The translations under genes were made by a program, and so were the position numbers. From NCBI GenBank assembly GCA_016185755.1, contig JACPMX010000006.1, positions 98,644 through 162,643 on the forward strand: a stretch of DNA of 64,000 bases, written 5' to 3'. The DNA is from Candidatus Woesearchaeota archaeon (GTDB taxonomy: Archaea > Nanobdellota > Nanobdellia > Woesearchaeales > GW2011-AR4). The notes under the pieces are model-generated. The model was not told the DNA's origin and searched no databases. It was given only the letters and a program-made list of their open reading frames with translations. Position 1 is the stretch's first letter. Every line of letters starts with the position of its first letter. Shown here one piece after another: positions 16,720-26,800 of the stretch.

Positions 16720-17358
16720 ATGCCCGACAATTTCGCGAAAGAAAAGTCTGATTTTCTGAATAAGAAGGACAAGAGCAGGAAAGGCTCCATAGACAAGGAT
16801 ATTGTTGATTTGGTTAATCTGATAAATTCAAATAAGGATTTCTACACTACCTCAAGCTGCGCCGGAAGGATTGTGCTGTTGGAAGTGAAGTCCAAAAGAA
16901 AAGATGAATGTGACTGGATTTTCACAAAGCATGATAAAGTGAAATTTAAAGAGGTTTTCAGCTCGTTAGCACAATACGATAAAAAAATTTCAAGCCCGAG
17001 AGCGTCCTCTGGAAGCAAAGCGATGGAGGAGACCCGCTTTAAAAGCTCTTTTAAACATCCAATCTGGTTCAAGCAGCAGCCGATCATTCTCCATGTTGCA
17101 TGCAGGAGCCTTGATGCCGCTAAAAGCCTTCTTAACATGGCAAGGAAAGTTTTCAAGCATTCCGGCATACTGAGCATTACTGAAAGGAAAACAACAATCG
17201 AGATTATAGGCAATGAAAGGATTGACACAATAATCGCTGACAAAAACTTTGCTGCTGATGAAAACTATATAAAGCAGCTTTTGAAATATGCTAATCGCAA
17301 TTTTGCGGAAAATAAAAGGAAAAGTAAAAAATTATTAAAAATAATTAAAGCTTTCTAA
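16720..17358 (+). CDS. taw3: tRNA wyosine-derivative methyltransferase Taw3/TYW3 homolog
   Basis: SIDKDIVDLVNLINSNKDFYTTSSCAGRIVLLE is a characteristic TYW3 N-terminal motif. Confidence 0.7.
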   Translation: MPDNFAKEKSDFLNKKDKSRKGSIDKDIVDLVNLINSNKDFYTTSSCAGRIVLLEVKSKRKDECDWIFTKHDKVKFKEVFSSLAQYDKKISSPRASSGSKAMEETRFKSSFKHPIWFKQQPIILHVACRSLDAAKSLLNMARKVFKHSGILSITERKTTIEIIGNERIDTIIADKNFAADENYIKQLLKYANRNFAENKRKSKKLLKIIKAF

Positions 17359-19547
17359 ACTCCGACCTGCGCGTCGCTTAGGCCTTTCCTGCCCTTGATT
17401 TCCTGCACCACCTTGCCCTGCAATTCTGTCGGCAGCCTTTCGAACACCTGGTCCACAAGCGAGGAAATGCCCCTTCCTTCTGTTGCCGAGCGCAAATCCG
17501 AGCTCCATCCGAGCATGTTCATGACCGGCAGCTTGGCCTTGACCATTGCCTGGGTTTCTTCCTGGGCTACATCAAGCAATTGCCCCCTCATGCTGTTCAC
17601 TAATTTAGTAAGGCTTCCCATGTAGTCAAGAGGGGCTTCGATCAGCATGACCTGCATCGGCTCAAGCATTATAGGGCCGGCCTGCAGCATCGCGCTTCTT
17701 ATCCCTTCCCTTATTGCCGGATAAACCTGCGCAGGGCCCCTGTGAATAGCATCCTCGTGCAGGCTCATATCAGTCAAAGTGACTTTTACATTCGAGCATG
17801 GCTCTCTTGCCAGCGGGCCCTTTTTCATTACCTCTTCAAACATGTCCATTATCATTTCAAGAACCTCGCCCAAATGAACCTGGCCCCTTGTCTTCTCCAA
17901 AAATAGATTTCCCTTGTAAATGTCCTTGACCTGCTCCGCATCCTTTGAATTCATTCCTGCATCCATGAAAGCCTGGCGTATCTCAAGGTTCTTTTTCTTT
18001 ATCCTTCCTTCAGGAACAGTCCCTTCCTTTATTGCCTTGTAAACTTCAGGAGTCAGGGGCTCGACTATGAAATAGAACTTGTTGTGCTTGTTGGGAGTTT
18101 TTCCTTCTGTTTCAGGCGATGTTTTAGTTATGGATTCCCTGAAAACAACAATCGGGGGGGAAGTCTTGACTTCAACTCCTTTCTCTGTGATTATCCTGTT
18201 CTCTATGATCTCAAGATGCAGCTCGCCCATTCCTGAAATCAAATTCTCGCCGGTCTCTTCGTTTATTTCAATCTGGATTGAAGGGTCTTCCCTACCAACC
18301 TTCCTTAAAACTTCAATCAGCTTTGGCAAATCACTTGCCTTTTTTGCCTCGATAGCCTTTGTAATGACGGGCTCGAAGATATGCTTCAGTTCCTCAAAAG
18401 GCTGCTCCGGCTCCAGGGTTACTGTTTCGCCTGCATTGCCCAAGACCCCTGAAATAGCGCATACATTGCCTGCGGGAATGTTGTCAATCAATTCCGGCTT
18501 TATCCCGTTGTAGATGTAAAGGTTCTGTATCCTCTGTTTTTGGTGCGCGTTGTTGAGGAAAACTTCTGTTCCGCTCTGCAGGGTTCCGGAAAACAGCCGG
18601 CCTGCAGAAATGTCTTTTCCCGACCTTGGGTCTATGACGATTCTTGTTATGACAAAAGCAATTTTCCCGTTAGGGTTGCAGTTAACCAGGTTACTTCCAA
18701 ACTCGCTTTCCAAATCACCATGCCAGATTTTTGGAATCCTGTATTTCTGCGCGTCAACAGGATTTGGATGGTGCTTGATTACCATGTCCAGGATTACCTC
18801 GTGCAACGGAGCGTTTGCCCAAACCCACTCTTTCCTTTCCTCATCGCCCATCTCATAAATCCTCAGTATGTCCTTGAAGCCGATGCTCTTCTTCTGCATG
18901 AACGAGAATGACAAAGCCCAGTTCTCCCTTGCCGAGCCGAATGCAACAGAGCCGTCCATTATGCTGACTTTCCATGCCTGCTTGAACTGCGGCTCTGCAA
19001 TGTCCTCTATGAGCTTGTTGAAGCCGTTTATCAGCTTGATGAACCTTTCCTGTATTTTCTCAGGAGACAGATGCAATTCCTTGACAAGCCTGTCCACCTT
19101 GTTGATGAACAAGACCGGCTTTACCCTTTCCCTCAAAGCCTGCTTCACCACAGTCTCTGTCTGCGGCATTATTCCTTCGACAGCGCAAATCAGGACAACG
19201 GTGCCGTCAATGGCCCTCATGGCCCTTGTCACATTGCCTCCAAAGTCAACGTGGCCCGGGGTGTCAATGAGATTGATAAGGTATTCCTTTCCCTGGAACT
19301 CGTGGACCATCGAGACATTTGCAGCGTCAACTGTCATAAGCCTTTCCTGCTCGTCCTTGTGCTGCCAGGTTGCCATTCCCTCCCCCAAGTCGCCGGCATA
19401 TTTTGAAGCCATGTGGCCTGCTGCGGCAAGGAGATTGTCTGTAAAGGCCGTTTTTCCGTGGTGGATGTGAGCAGAGGTGCAGATATTCCTGATAAAATGA
19501 GGATTCTTTGTAATCCTCGACACCATCTCGGCCATTTTCTCTGCCAT
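17355..19547 (-). CDS. fusA: translation elongation factor 2
   Basis: 730 aa with AHIHHGKT (variant G1), DTPGH, NKVD and the diphthamide-site HEDAIHRGPAQ. Confidence 0.95.
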   Translation of the reverse strand: MAEKMAEMVSRITKNPHFIRNICTSAHIHHGKTAFTDNLLAAAGHMASKYAGDLGEGMATWQHKDEQERLMTVDAANVSMVHEFQGKEYLINLIDTPGHVDFGGNVTRAMRAIDGTVVLICAVEGIMPQTETVVKQALRERVKPVLFINKVDRLVKELHLSPEKIQERFIKLINGFNKLIEDIAEPQFKQAWKVSIMDGSVAFGSARENWALSFSFMQKKSIGFKDILRIYEMGDEERKEWVWANAPLHEVILDMVIKHHPNPVDAQKYRIPKIWHGDLESEFGSNLVNCNPNGKIAFVITRIVIDPRSGKDISAGRLFSGTLQSGTEVFLNNAHQKQRIQNLYIYNGIKPELIDNIPAGNVCAISGVLGNAGETVTLEPEQPFEELKHIFEPVITKAIEAKKASDLPKLIEVLRKVGREDPSIQIEINEETGENLISGMGELHLEIIENRIITEKGVEVKTSPPIVVFRESITKTSPETEGKTPNKHNKFYFIVEPLTPEVYKAIKEGTVPEGRIKKKNLEIRQAFMDAGMNSKDAEQVKDIYKGNLFLEKTRGQVHLGEVLEMIMDMFEEVMKKGPLAREPCSNVKVTLTDMSLHEDAIHRGPAQVYPAIREGIRSAMLQAGPIMLEPMQVMLIEAPLDYMGSLTKLVNSMRGQLLDVAQEETQAMVKAKLPVMNMLGWSSDLRSATEGRGISSLVDQVFERLPTELQGKVVQEIKGRKGLSDAQVGV

Positions 19548-19557
19548 TTAATTTCAC

Positions 19558-20037
19558 CTAGAAAACATGCTTTTCGTGGACTGTGTTGTATGTATGGAGC
19601 TCGCCCTTTGCGAACCAGAGCCCGATTTCATAGTCGGCTTCCTTTTTGCTTCCTGAAGCATGGATTACATTTTTGCCTCCTGAGCCTTTTTTTGAGGCAT
19701 AAGCCATGCTGATATGCGCGAAGTCCCCCCTTATAGTTCCGGGGGCTGCCTCATGCGGCGATGTAGTGCCAACGAGCCTTCTCACGTTGTCTACTGCGTG
19801 AACCCCTTCAACCACAAAAGCAACAACAGGGCCTTCTGTGATGAAATCCACCAATTCGCTGAAGAACGGCTTTGACTTGTGGGCTGAATAATGCTTTTCC
19901 GCAAATTTCTTGTCAATCCAGACCATCTTCATGCCCACTATCTTAAGCCCGGTGTTCTCAAACCTTTTGATTATCTCTCCCACAAGGCTCCTTTCAACGC
20001 CGTCAGGCTTTATGATGGCAAGGCTTCTCTCAATCAT
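19558..20037 (-). CDS. ndk: nucleoside diphosphate kinase
   Basis: ERSLAIIKPDGV, NVIHASGS. The ATG at 20037 overlaps the rpl24e stop (ATGA). The track ORF N-terminal extension was rejected. Confidence 0.9.
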   Translation of the reverse strand: MIERSLAIIKPDGVERSLVGEIIKRFENTGLKIVGMKMVWIDKKFAEKHYSAHKSKPFFSELVDFITEGPVVAFVVEGVHAVDNVRRLVGTTSPHEAAPGTIRGDFAHISMAYASKKGSGGKNVIHASGSKKEADYEIGLWFAKGELHTYNTVHEKHVF

Positions 20038-20225
20038 TCTGTCCCCTCCTGCTTCTCGCGCTTGAATTTTTTGCTCCATCTGGTCTCGAGGAATTTCCTT
20101 CCAAGCTTGATGTGGTTCTTCTCGCATTTGCTTGAGCAGAAATACAGGATTTTTGCATCTTTCTGTATGTACATCTTTCCAGTCCCCTTTTCCAGGCTGT
20201 TTCCGCAAAAAGTGCACTTTGCCAT
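20034..20225 (-). CDS. rpl24e: 50S ribosomal protein L24e
   Basis: MAKCTFCGNSLEKGTGKMY...FCSSKCEKN zinc-ribbon pattern of L24e. Confidence 0.9.
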   Translation of the reverse strand: MAKCTFCGNSLEKGTGKMYIQKDAKILYFCSSKCEKNHIKLGRKFLETRWSKKFKREKQEGTE

Positions 20226-20260
20226 TTTGGATTATAGTTTTTGAATTTTACTTAAATCTT

Positions 20261-20350
20261 CAATCCGTCCCTTCGGGACAATATTTTGTGCGCCTCGGAC
20301 AATCCGATTTTGAGCCAAATTTTCTTTGTGCTCCTCCTCGGCGCAAATAT
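20261..20350 (+). repeat. dispersed two-hairpin repeat family, copy A (composite/degenerate)
   Basis: AATCCGTCCCTTCGGGACAATATTTTGTGC... shares the 5' hairpin and the TTTTGTGC(TC) core with copies at 30572, 34912 and 38487. Confidence 0.5.
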
Positions 20351-20436
20351 ATTACAAGCGGATTACTTTCTGCACTTTTACAGCGCAAAGTCGCTTTCGG
20401 GATTGAATTTTTATTTCGTAATGCGTTTTATGATGT

Positions 20437-20766
20437 TTATCCTGATCCTCTTCCGGCCTTTGTCAGCTGGCCTGCCTCGAATTCTGTCTCCCTGAGCATC
20501 AAAATGTCGCCAAGCTGGATTGGGCCTTTTACATTCCTTCTCAAAACCTTGTTCTTGTCCCTTCCATCCAAGACCCTGCACCTTATCTGGATTGCCTCGC
20601 CCCTTGAGCCGGTTCTTCCTATTATTTCCTCGACTTTTGCCGGGGTTGCGAACGAAAAATTGACAGCCCCTTTTACCTGCTCTTCCTGCTGCTGCCGCTG
20701 GGGCTTTCTCTTCATCTGGCCCCTGCCTTCGTCTTTCAAATGCTTTGTGGGGTCTTCTTTGGCCAT
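20437..20766 (-). CDS. rps28e: 30S ribosomal protein S28e (ORF with N-terminal extension)
   Basis: C-terminal [19 protein letters not shown]...[17 protein letters not shown] is typical S28e. The ORF start abuts the rpl7ae stop. Confidence 0.85.
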   Translation of the reverse strand: MAKEDPTKHLKDEGRGQMKRKPQRQQQEEQVKGAVNFSFATPAKVEEIIGRTGSRGEAIQIRCRVLDGRDKNKVLRRNVKGPIQLGDILMLRETEFEAGQLTKAGRGSG

Positions 20767-20767
20767 C

Positions 20768-21112
20768 TTACTTCTTCATCCTGTCTGCAATCTCTTTTAT
20801 CAGCTGCTTTGCCTCGCCTTCCTGCACAATCACAACGCTTCCTGTCGGGACATCCACACCTGCTGCTGCGCCAAGCTCTTCCTTGCTTGGAACCTGCACG
20901 CACGGCACTCCCTTCTCCTCTGAAAGTATTGGTATATGCATCGTTATCTCAGGCGGATTGACATCTTTTGCAATCGCGACAAACTTTGCAATGCCTTTTT
21001 CAATCACTTTTGTGGTCTCGTTTGTGCCTTTCCTTATCTTGCCTGTTGCTTTGGCTACTTCTATAGCCTCATAAACCTTGTCAACCAATTCCTTTGGCGC
21101 TTCATAAACCAT
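20768..21112 (-). CDS. rpl7ae: 50S ribosomal protein L7Ae
   Basis: [29 protein letters not shown] is the canonical L7Ae/L30e fold sequence. Confidence 0.95.
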   Translation of the reverse strand: MVYEAPKELVDKVYEAIEVAKATGKIRKGTNETTKVIEKGIAKFVAIAKDVNPPEITMHIPILSEEKGVPCVQVPSKEELGAAAGVDVPTGSVVIVQEGEAKQLIKEIADRMKK

Positions 21113-21280
21113 TTTAACCTTACTCCACCTTGATTTGGATAAACAAGAACTTGCTTACCTCTCTCGGCTATCTATGATAGCTTCATCAATCACAGGTATG
21201 CTCTGGAAATAAAACGCTATTTATATAGGTTGCGGTGCGGTTTCGGAATAAATTTATAAACTAATTTTTAATTTCACCAA

Positions 21281-22177
21281 ATGATGGCATACAGCTGGAT
21301 TGCAGGAAACCTCGTCCCCTTGTCAATAGGCTATGCATTGTCTTTTCTGGCGCTTTTCATCGGCTCAATTACCGACTTTAAAACAAGGGAGGTGCCTGAC
21401 TGGGTGAATTATGGGCTGGTGATTTCCGGAATAGGCATAAACCTGCTGTTTTCCGTAATATACTCAGATTCCTCTTTCATAATAAACAGCATCCTTGGAC
21501 TGACGATATTTTTCGGCATAGCATACATAATGTTTTATGCAGGCCAGTGGGGCGGCGGAGATTCTAAAATGCTGATGGGTATCGGCGCGATGATTGGAAT
21601 TGATGTTGGCTTTCCAAAAGAGCAGTTCCTTCTTGGATTCCTTGTAAATGCGCTGTTCATAGGAGCCTTATACGGGCTTTTGTGGAGCATTTTCCTTGCC
21701 CTCAAGAACAGGCAGAAATTCTCTGGCAATTTCAAAAAGATACTGGCGGGAAAAAACGTTGCCAAGGCAAAGAAATTACTGCTGGCTTTTTTGGCAATAC
21801 TTTTGGTTGCATTGCTCTTTGCAAATCACTACGTGAGGATATCTCTGCTCTCATTTGGGCTGCTTGCCATTACGAGCCTTTACCTCTGGATTTTTGTCAA
21901 GGCAATTGAAAAAACATCAATGTACAAATTAGTGGAGCCGGGCAAGCTGACTGAAGGAGACTGGATTGCAAAAGACGTTTTTGTAGGCAAAAAGTACATT
22001 TGCGGGCCGAAGGATTTGGGCATAGAGAAAAAGCAAATAAGGCAGCTGATTGAATTCTACAAAAAGAGGAAAGTCGGCAAGATACTGATAAAGGAGGGCA
22101 TTCCGTTTGTGCCCAGCTTTTTCCTTGCCTTTATCGTGACTTTTGTGCTTGGGAATCCGCTAATGTGGATGCTGTGA
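21281..22177 (+). CDS. A24-family prepilin/preflagellin peptidase
   Basis: Polytopic protein with the two catalytic Asp contexts ITDFKTREVPD and GGGDSKMLMGIG. Confidence 0.8.
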   Translation: MMAYSWIAGNLVPLSIGYALSFLALFIGSITDFKTREVPDWVNYGLVISGIGINLLFSVIYSDSSFIINSILGLTIFFGIAYIMFYAGQWGGGDSKMLMGIGAMIGIDVGFPKEQFLLGFLVNALFIGALYGLLWSIFLALKNRQKFSGNFKKILAGKNVAKAKKLLLAFLAILLVALLFANHYVRISLLSFGLLAITSLYLWIFVKAIEKTSMYKLVEPGKLTEGDWIAKDVFVGKKYICGPKDLGIEKKQIRQLIEFYKKRKVGKILIKEGIPFVPSFFLAFIVTFVLGNPLMWML

Positions 22178-22576
22178 AATCATTAGGAACCTTCTCAGCA
22201 TTTTTTTGGCAGCTTCCTCGGGGCTGATTCCGGTCACAATAGTATCTCCATCTTTTAGGGACCCATAATCTTTTTCGTTTAGGTAACTGTACATGATGTG
22301 CTCACCATCCGGCCCGATAACAGAGATATGCTGGGCAACAACACTTTTATTGACTTCTTTTGTTGATATGCGGATAGAATAGCCGGAGCCATCAATCTCA
22401 TAGTCAACAAACAGCCTTATTTTGATGCTGCCATTCTGGACAGCCCTCTGGTTTTGCTCCTGCAAATATCCTATGCTGGCCAAGGCATAAGGGTGGCTTA
22501 AGGCAAGCCGATAAATTCTCTTGTCAGAAATTTCCTTGATGCAATCCATGACCACCCACCTTAAATCTTTTGCCAC
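22160..22576 (-). CDS. hypothetical protein
   Basis: 138-aa ORF with a GTG start at 22576 (first ATG at 22549). No motif recognised. Confidence 0.45.
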   Translation of the reverse strand: MAKDLRWVVMDCIKEISDKRIYRLALSHPYALASIGYLQEQNQRAVQNGSIKIRLFVDYEIDGSGYSIRISTKEVNKSVVAQHISVIGPDGEHIMYSYLNEKDYGSLKDGDTIVTGISPEEAAKKMLRRFLMISQHPH

Positions 22577-22623
22577 AGAAAAAAGTTGTTTAGCCTCATT
22601 TATAAATCAATATTATAAATAAT

Positions 22624-23160
22624 TTACGGCAGCCTCCCCATCTGCCTTGTGAAATACTCCTCCTCTTCCTCTGAAAAAATCACCGGCTTTGGGACCTGCA
22701 CCTTTGGCCTTTTCTCCTCTTTTTCAAAATGCCCCATATTTTTAGTCTGCTCCTTCAATTTAAGCTCGACAGTGGACATTTCCTCCTCGCCAAGCTGCCT
22801 TGGCTGCCATTGCAGGTTGATGCCGTCGTTCTCCTTCCTTGGAATGACATTTATCATGAAATGCGCGACTGTCTGGCCTGCGGGAATGCCGTTGGCCACG
22901 AAGATATTGGTTCCCTGCGCGCCAAGAGCCTCGAATATCGCGCTTGAAATTTTGTTGGAAACCTGGAACAGCCTTCCTATCTCGATGTCAGGAACCTGCT
23001 CTATTATGGGGTAATGGTTTTTCGGCATGACAAAGCAGTGGCCCGGGTTTGCGCCGTTGACATCCAGAACAGCAAGCACCATTTCGTCCTCGTAAATCTT
23101 TTTTGACGGGATGCTGTTTCCTATGATTTGGCATATGATGCACGTGTTTTTTGCCATCAT
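22624..23160 (-). CDS. HIT-family protein with degenerate histidine triad
   Basis: CIICQII zinc motif and NGIPAGQTVAHFMINVIPR, where the triad reads H-F-M-I-N. Acidic/basic C-terminal tail. Confidence 0.75.
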   Translation of the reverse strand: MMAKNTCIICQIIGNSIPSKKIYEDEMVLAVLDVNGANPGHCFVMPKNHYPIIEQVPDIEIGRLFQVSNKISSAIFEALGAQGTNIFVANGIPAGQTVAHFMINVIPRKENDGINLQWQPRQLGEEEMSTVELKLKEQTKNMGHFEKEEKRPKVQVPKPVIFSEEEEEYFTRQMGRLP

Positions 23161-23777
23161 TTAGCTCCGAGCAGTTTCGAGATGTCGTCAAGATTGATGC
23201 CCTTGCCCTCTTTTTTAGGCTCTTCTTTCTTCGGAACAGGAATCTGGGCTTTTGCATCTTCTTTTTCAACAGCGCCCCCAAGGGCTGCAACCAGCTTGTT
23301 TCCTATCGATTCTATCTCCTGCTGCTCCATCGCCTTTTGAGGAAGAACAAAATCAACCCCGTCCTTTTCCTTCCTTGGGATTACATGTGCCATGAAGTGC
23401 TGCGCCCTCTGGCCGGCTGCAATCCCGTTTGCCACTATTATGTTTGTGCCCTGCGCGTCAATGGAGCGCAGCATGGAATTTGAGAGTGATTTTGCAGCCA
23501 TGAACACGTGAGAAATATCTTCATCGGGGATCTGCGGCATTATGGAATAATGCTCCTTTGTCATCAGAAGAACATGGCCCGGGTTTGCGGGGTTTATGTC
23601 AAGAATTGCAAGGACTTTTTCATCCTCGTAGATTTTCTTGGACTGGACCTTGCCGGCTATTATCTGGCAGAAAATGCACTGCTTTTTCTGGAACTCCTTC
23701 AATTCCTCAGGACTCATCTGCTTTATCTTTTCCTGCAAAGCCTTCAGTTGCTCGGGGCTTATGTTTTGCTCGGCCAT
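23157..23777 (-). CDS. HIT-family protein with degenerate histidine triad (paralog)
   Basis: CIFCQII and NGIAAGQRAQHFMAHVIPR, where the triad reads H-F-M-A-H. ATGA overlap with the downstream paralog. Confidence 0.75.
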   Translation of the reverse strand: MAEQNISPEQLKALQEKIKQMSPEELKEFQKKQCIFCQIIAGKVQSKKIYEDEKVLAILDINPANPGHVLLMTKEHYSIMPQIPDEDISHVFMAAKSLSNSMLRSIDAQGTNIIVANGIAAGQRAQHFMAHVIPRKEKDGVDFVLPQKAMEQQEIESIGNKLVAALGGAVEKEDAKAQIPVPKKEEPKKEGKGINLDDISKLLGAK

Positions 23778-23812
23778 GTTGCATGCCTAATAATATTTTT
23801 TTATAAATGTTG

Positions 23813-26800
23813 TCATTCCTGCTCCTGGCAAAAAAAGTTCCCGATGCAGCACTTGCCATTCCTGCACTGGTTCCTCGCAAGGTTGTCCCTGCAGTCAAAA
23901 TGAAACTGGCCTTTCTTGCCGCAGCTGTCAAAGTAATACATCCTGTCGCCGTCCTCGCACCTTTTTTCAGCATTCTGGATGCATGGCTTTCCGCATTCCC
24001 CATTGGTGCATACCTCTCCTGACGGGCATGACTGCACAAATTCCTCCTGATTCCCGCAGCTGTCAAGCCAAAACACAACATCGCCAACACAGCCTTTTTT
24101 CGCATGGCTTTTGCAGAATTGCGAGACTTCCACCTTAAAAGCAGCCCTGTCCGTGAACTCAAGGTCATCAATTTGAATGGTTATTGTTGAAGTCCCGTCC
24201 CTGTTCTGCCTTACTTCACAGTCAAGATGCTTCTCACTGCTTATGCTGCAGTCCACAAGTGCCTTGTTTGTCTGGTCTATTATGGTGTAAACAAGGCTTG
24301 ACGGGTTTGTTTCCCTGTCCTGGGCATATTTCCAGAGATTGCTTATTACATTTTTTTTCAGGCCGATGCCGGAAACTGAAGCGTCCGGAATGCCGCCTAT
24401 GGTTGGAGCTGTATTCGGGCCTTTTGTTTCCTCTTCAGGCTTTTCTCCGGCAGCAAACTGCGCAACTCCCAGCCCCTGTATGGCCTTCTTGCATTCGTCA
24501 TCAAGCTCCGCGCTTAATTTGTATGACACTCTCTGCTCTCCCTCCAGGCTTTCAAAGCTCCACATTATCAACGGGTCGGACTTTATCTCGACATTGCCTT
24601 CTATATTTTCTGCAAGGAATTTGTCCAGGTCATCAATGCAGTTCTTCGGTATGAACTCGTAAAACCTGAAGTCTTTAATTTGGCTGCCTTTTTTCGGCCT
24701 TATTATTATCTGCACGCTTGTTATGCCGTCGCAGAATGTAAACTTCCTGAACATCTCGACATTCTGCCTTGTTATTTTTATATTGGCTGATTCCCTGTCA
24801 AAATCTGAAGGGCAGTTGCTGCATCCGAACTCTATCGCTTCATTTATTATCTTTTTTGACTCTTCCTCGCTGATGTTTATTGGCATCAAAGTGCATTCAG
24901 GCTGCTCGCATGAAGCTGCAATTTTTGCGTACTTGCCGGCTCCCTCTATAAAAAATGATATCTTGTCAAATTTAGGGCTGAAGCATATGTGATAAGGATA
25001 AATCATCTCAAGGCTGCCTGCATTGAATGAGCGCTTCACATTTCCTTCCTTGACCACAAATACATTATCCCCTCCGCCTGTCCTTAGGCTGTCCATAATT
25101 ATTGGAACGTCCTTGAAATTTTCGGGCTGGATTCCCTTGCTGAGGTCAAAAAAATATATCCGGTCGGCTTTGCACGGGACATCGTATGTCTGCAGCTCTC
25201 TAGTCCCGTACCTAAGGCTTTTGTCAAGGTTCCTCAGCTCTATCTCAAATTTTGCGATTTCAGTATTGCAGGCTCTCTCCTTAACCACACTTACCATCTT
25301 GTAGCCAAGGATCAGGATAAAAACAGAAACAACCCCGACCAGGCCGTACTTGAACACTTCTCCAATAAGCTGGGCTTTTTTAGGCCTGAAGATGCTTTTT
25401 TCAAGCCTTCTCGCCTTCCTCATTCCAGATACTATTTTTTCATCAATCGGCTCAGACCACTTTCTCCTGTGGTACTCCATCACTATCTCATACAAAAACA
25501 TGAGGTAGCCCCCTATGTAAAAAACTGCAGACAAGGCAAGAAGTACGCCGAGCACCGCGGCTATAATGAAATGAGGCGTGAACAAAGTCAGCATTATATT
25601 GCCGTAGAAATAAAGCAGCATGCTGCTGAAAAAATAATAAAGGTAAACTGCGTAAAAAGCCAGCCCCCCTATTATGGAAAATGCGTACAGCTCCCTCCTC
25701 GTTTTGGGATTCGAGCTTAGGATGTAGACAGCAAAGCCGAATATTATTGAAATCAGCGACACAGCAATTATTATGGAAGGCTTATCAGGAAAAAATCTCT
25801 CAAGGACCGAGCTTGTTTCCATCAGCGATATCGAAGCTATGTCAACACCGGCTATTGAAGAGCCGCCAAGAGGCCCGATTATATAGCCCGGGAGCATCAT
25901 GTAGGCTGCAACAGAGGAATAGATAAAGAACAGGAACGGCCTTCTTAAATGCAGCCCTTTTTTTGAGAACATTGATGCCCAGACAAAAACAGGCATGAGC
26001 AGAAAGATGGCAAGCGATGCGGCATTGAGCAGGTAATCGATAAGCAGCGGAATTGCCGCATGAGGCGGAATGCCGGCAGCGTCACTCAAAAACAGGCTCA
26101 AGAAAGGGGTGTGGCCTTCAGTTAAAAACTCAAGGTAAAAATTTTCCCTGAGAAACACGAAAGAATATGCGAATACGCCCAGGTCTGAGAGCGCATGCAG
26201 GATAAGCAGCCCGGATATGGCCAACGGCAGGGTTTTTTTATAATGAAACAGGGATACAAACTTCTTGTACAGGCCGGAGCTGAAGCCGCCGATTTTGTAT
26301 ATGAAATTTTTTTTATCAAATTTTTGATAGTGCTTTGATATGCCATATATGTAGAAAACAGCTCCAACTGCTATTACCGGGTCGTCTATGACGAACTCAA
26401 GCCATTCAAGTATCATGCTATAGACGAAATGATAAAATCCAACAAGCAAAATGAAAATTGAAATGAACTTGAGCAGCCTGCTCCTGAATTTGCTGCCGAA
26501 GATTGCATAGAGGAAGCTTGGATGGGATATCTCTGCCTTATAAGCCAGGTAAATGCTGATGATGAAAATTCCGGCAATCCCGGTATAGAAAGTTGAAATG
26601 TTTGCAGCCAGAAGGTTGTCGCGCAGAAACACGTAAATGTAGTCAACAAAAGATATGAACTTGAATTTAAAGGCATTCAATTCCGTATAGCTTATTATGT
26701 CCTTGAAGAACAGCGAAAAGTATGAAATGATTATCACAAAGTTTGCGAGCCTTGACGTCCTGCCGAACAGAATCGACGTTATGTTCAATTTATAAAACAG

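Noticed and set aside
17395-19470. Multiple 76-200-aa plus-strand ORFs inside fusA, with similar ones inside tuf, sufB and the helicase gene
   Set aside because: They are shadow ORFs antisense to strongly supported genes.
20038-20217. 60-codon N-terminal extension of ndk
   Set aside because: It overlaps almost all of rpl24e in another frame. The ATG at 20037 gives a normal NDK that starts just before the ERSLAIIKPDG motif.
20366-20380. Match of CTTTCTGCACTTTTA beside repeat copy A to the transposon left terminus (TGCACTTTTA at 4163-4172)
   Set aside because: Only a 10-nt exact match in AT-rich DNA, which is too short to claim a related IS end.
20132-20923. 263-aa plus-strand ORF across the ribosomal protein cluster
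   Set aside because: It is antisense to rpl24e, rps28e and rpl7ae, which are unambiguous. Its sequence is low-complexity and Cys/Ser/Phe-rich, typical of a shadow ORF.
21160-21195. Kink-turn in the rpl7ae 5' leader (possible L7Ae autoregulation): UGAUGA, then hairpin GCUAUC-AUA-GAUAGC, then CGA on the minus strand
   Set aside because: Tandem G-A pairs next to the hairpin can be drawn, but the canonical helix on the other side of the bulge pairs poorly (only U-G and U-A). I cannot support the call.
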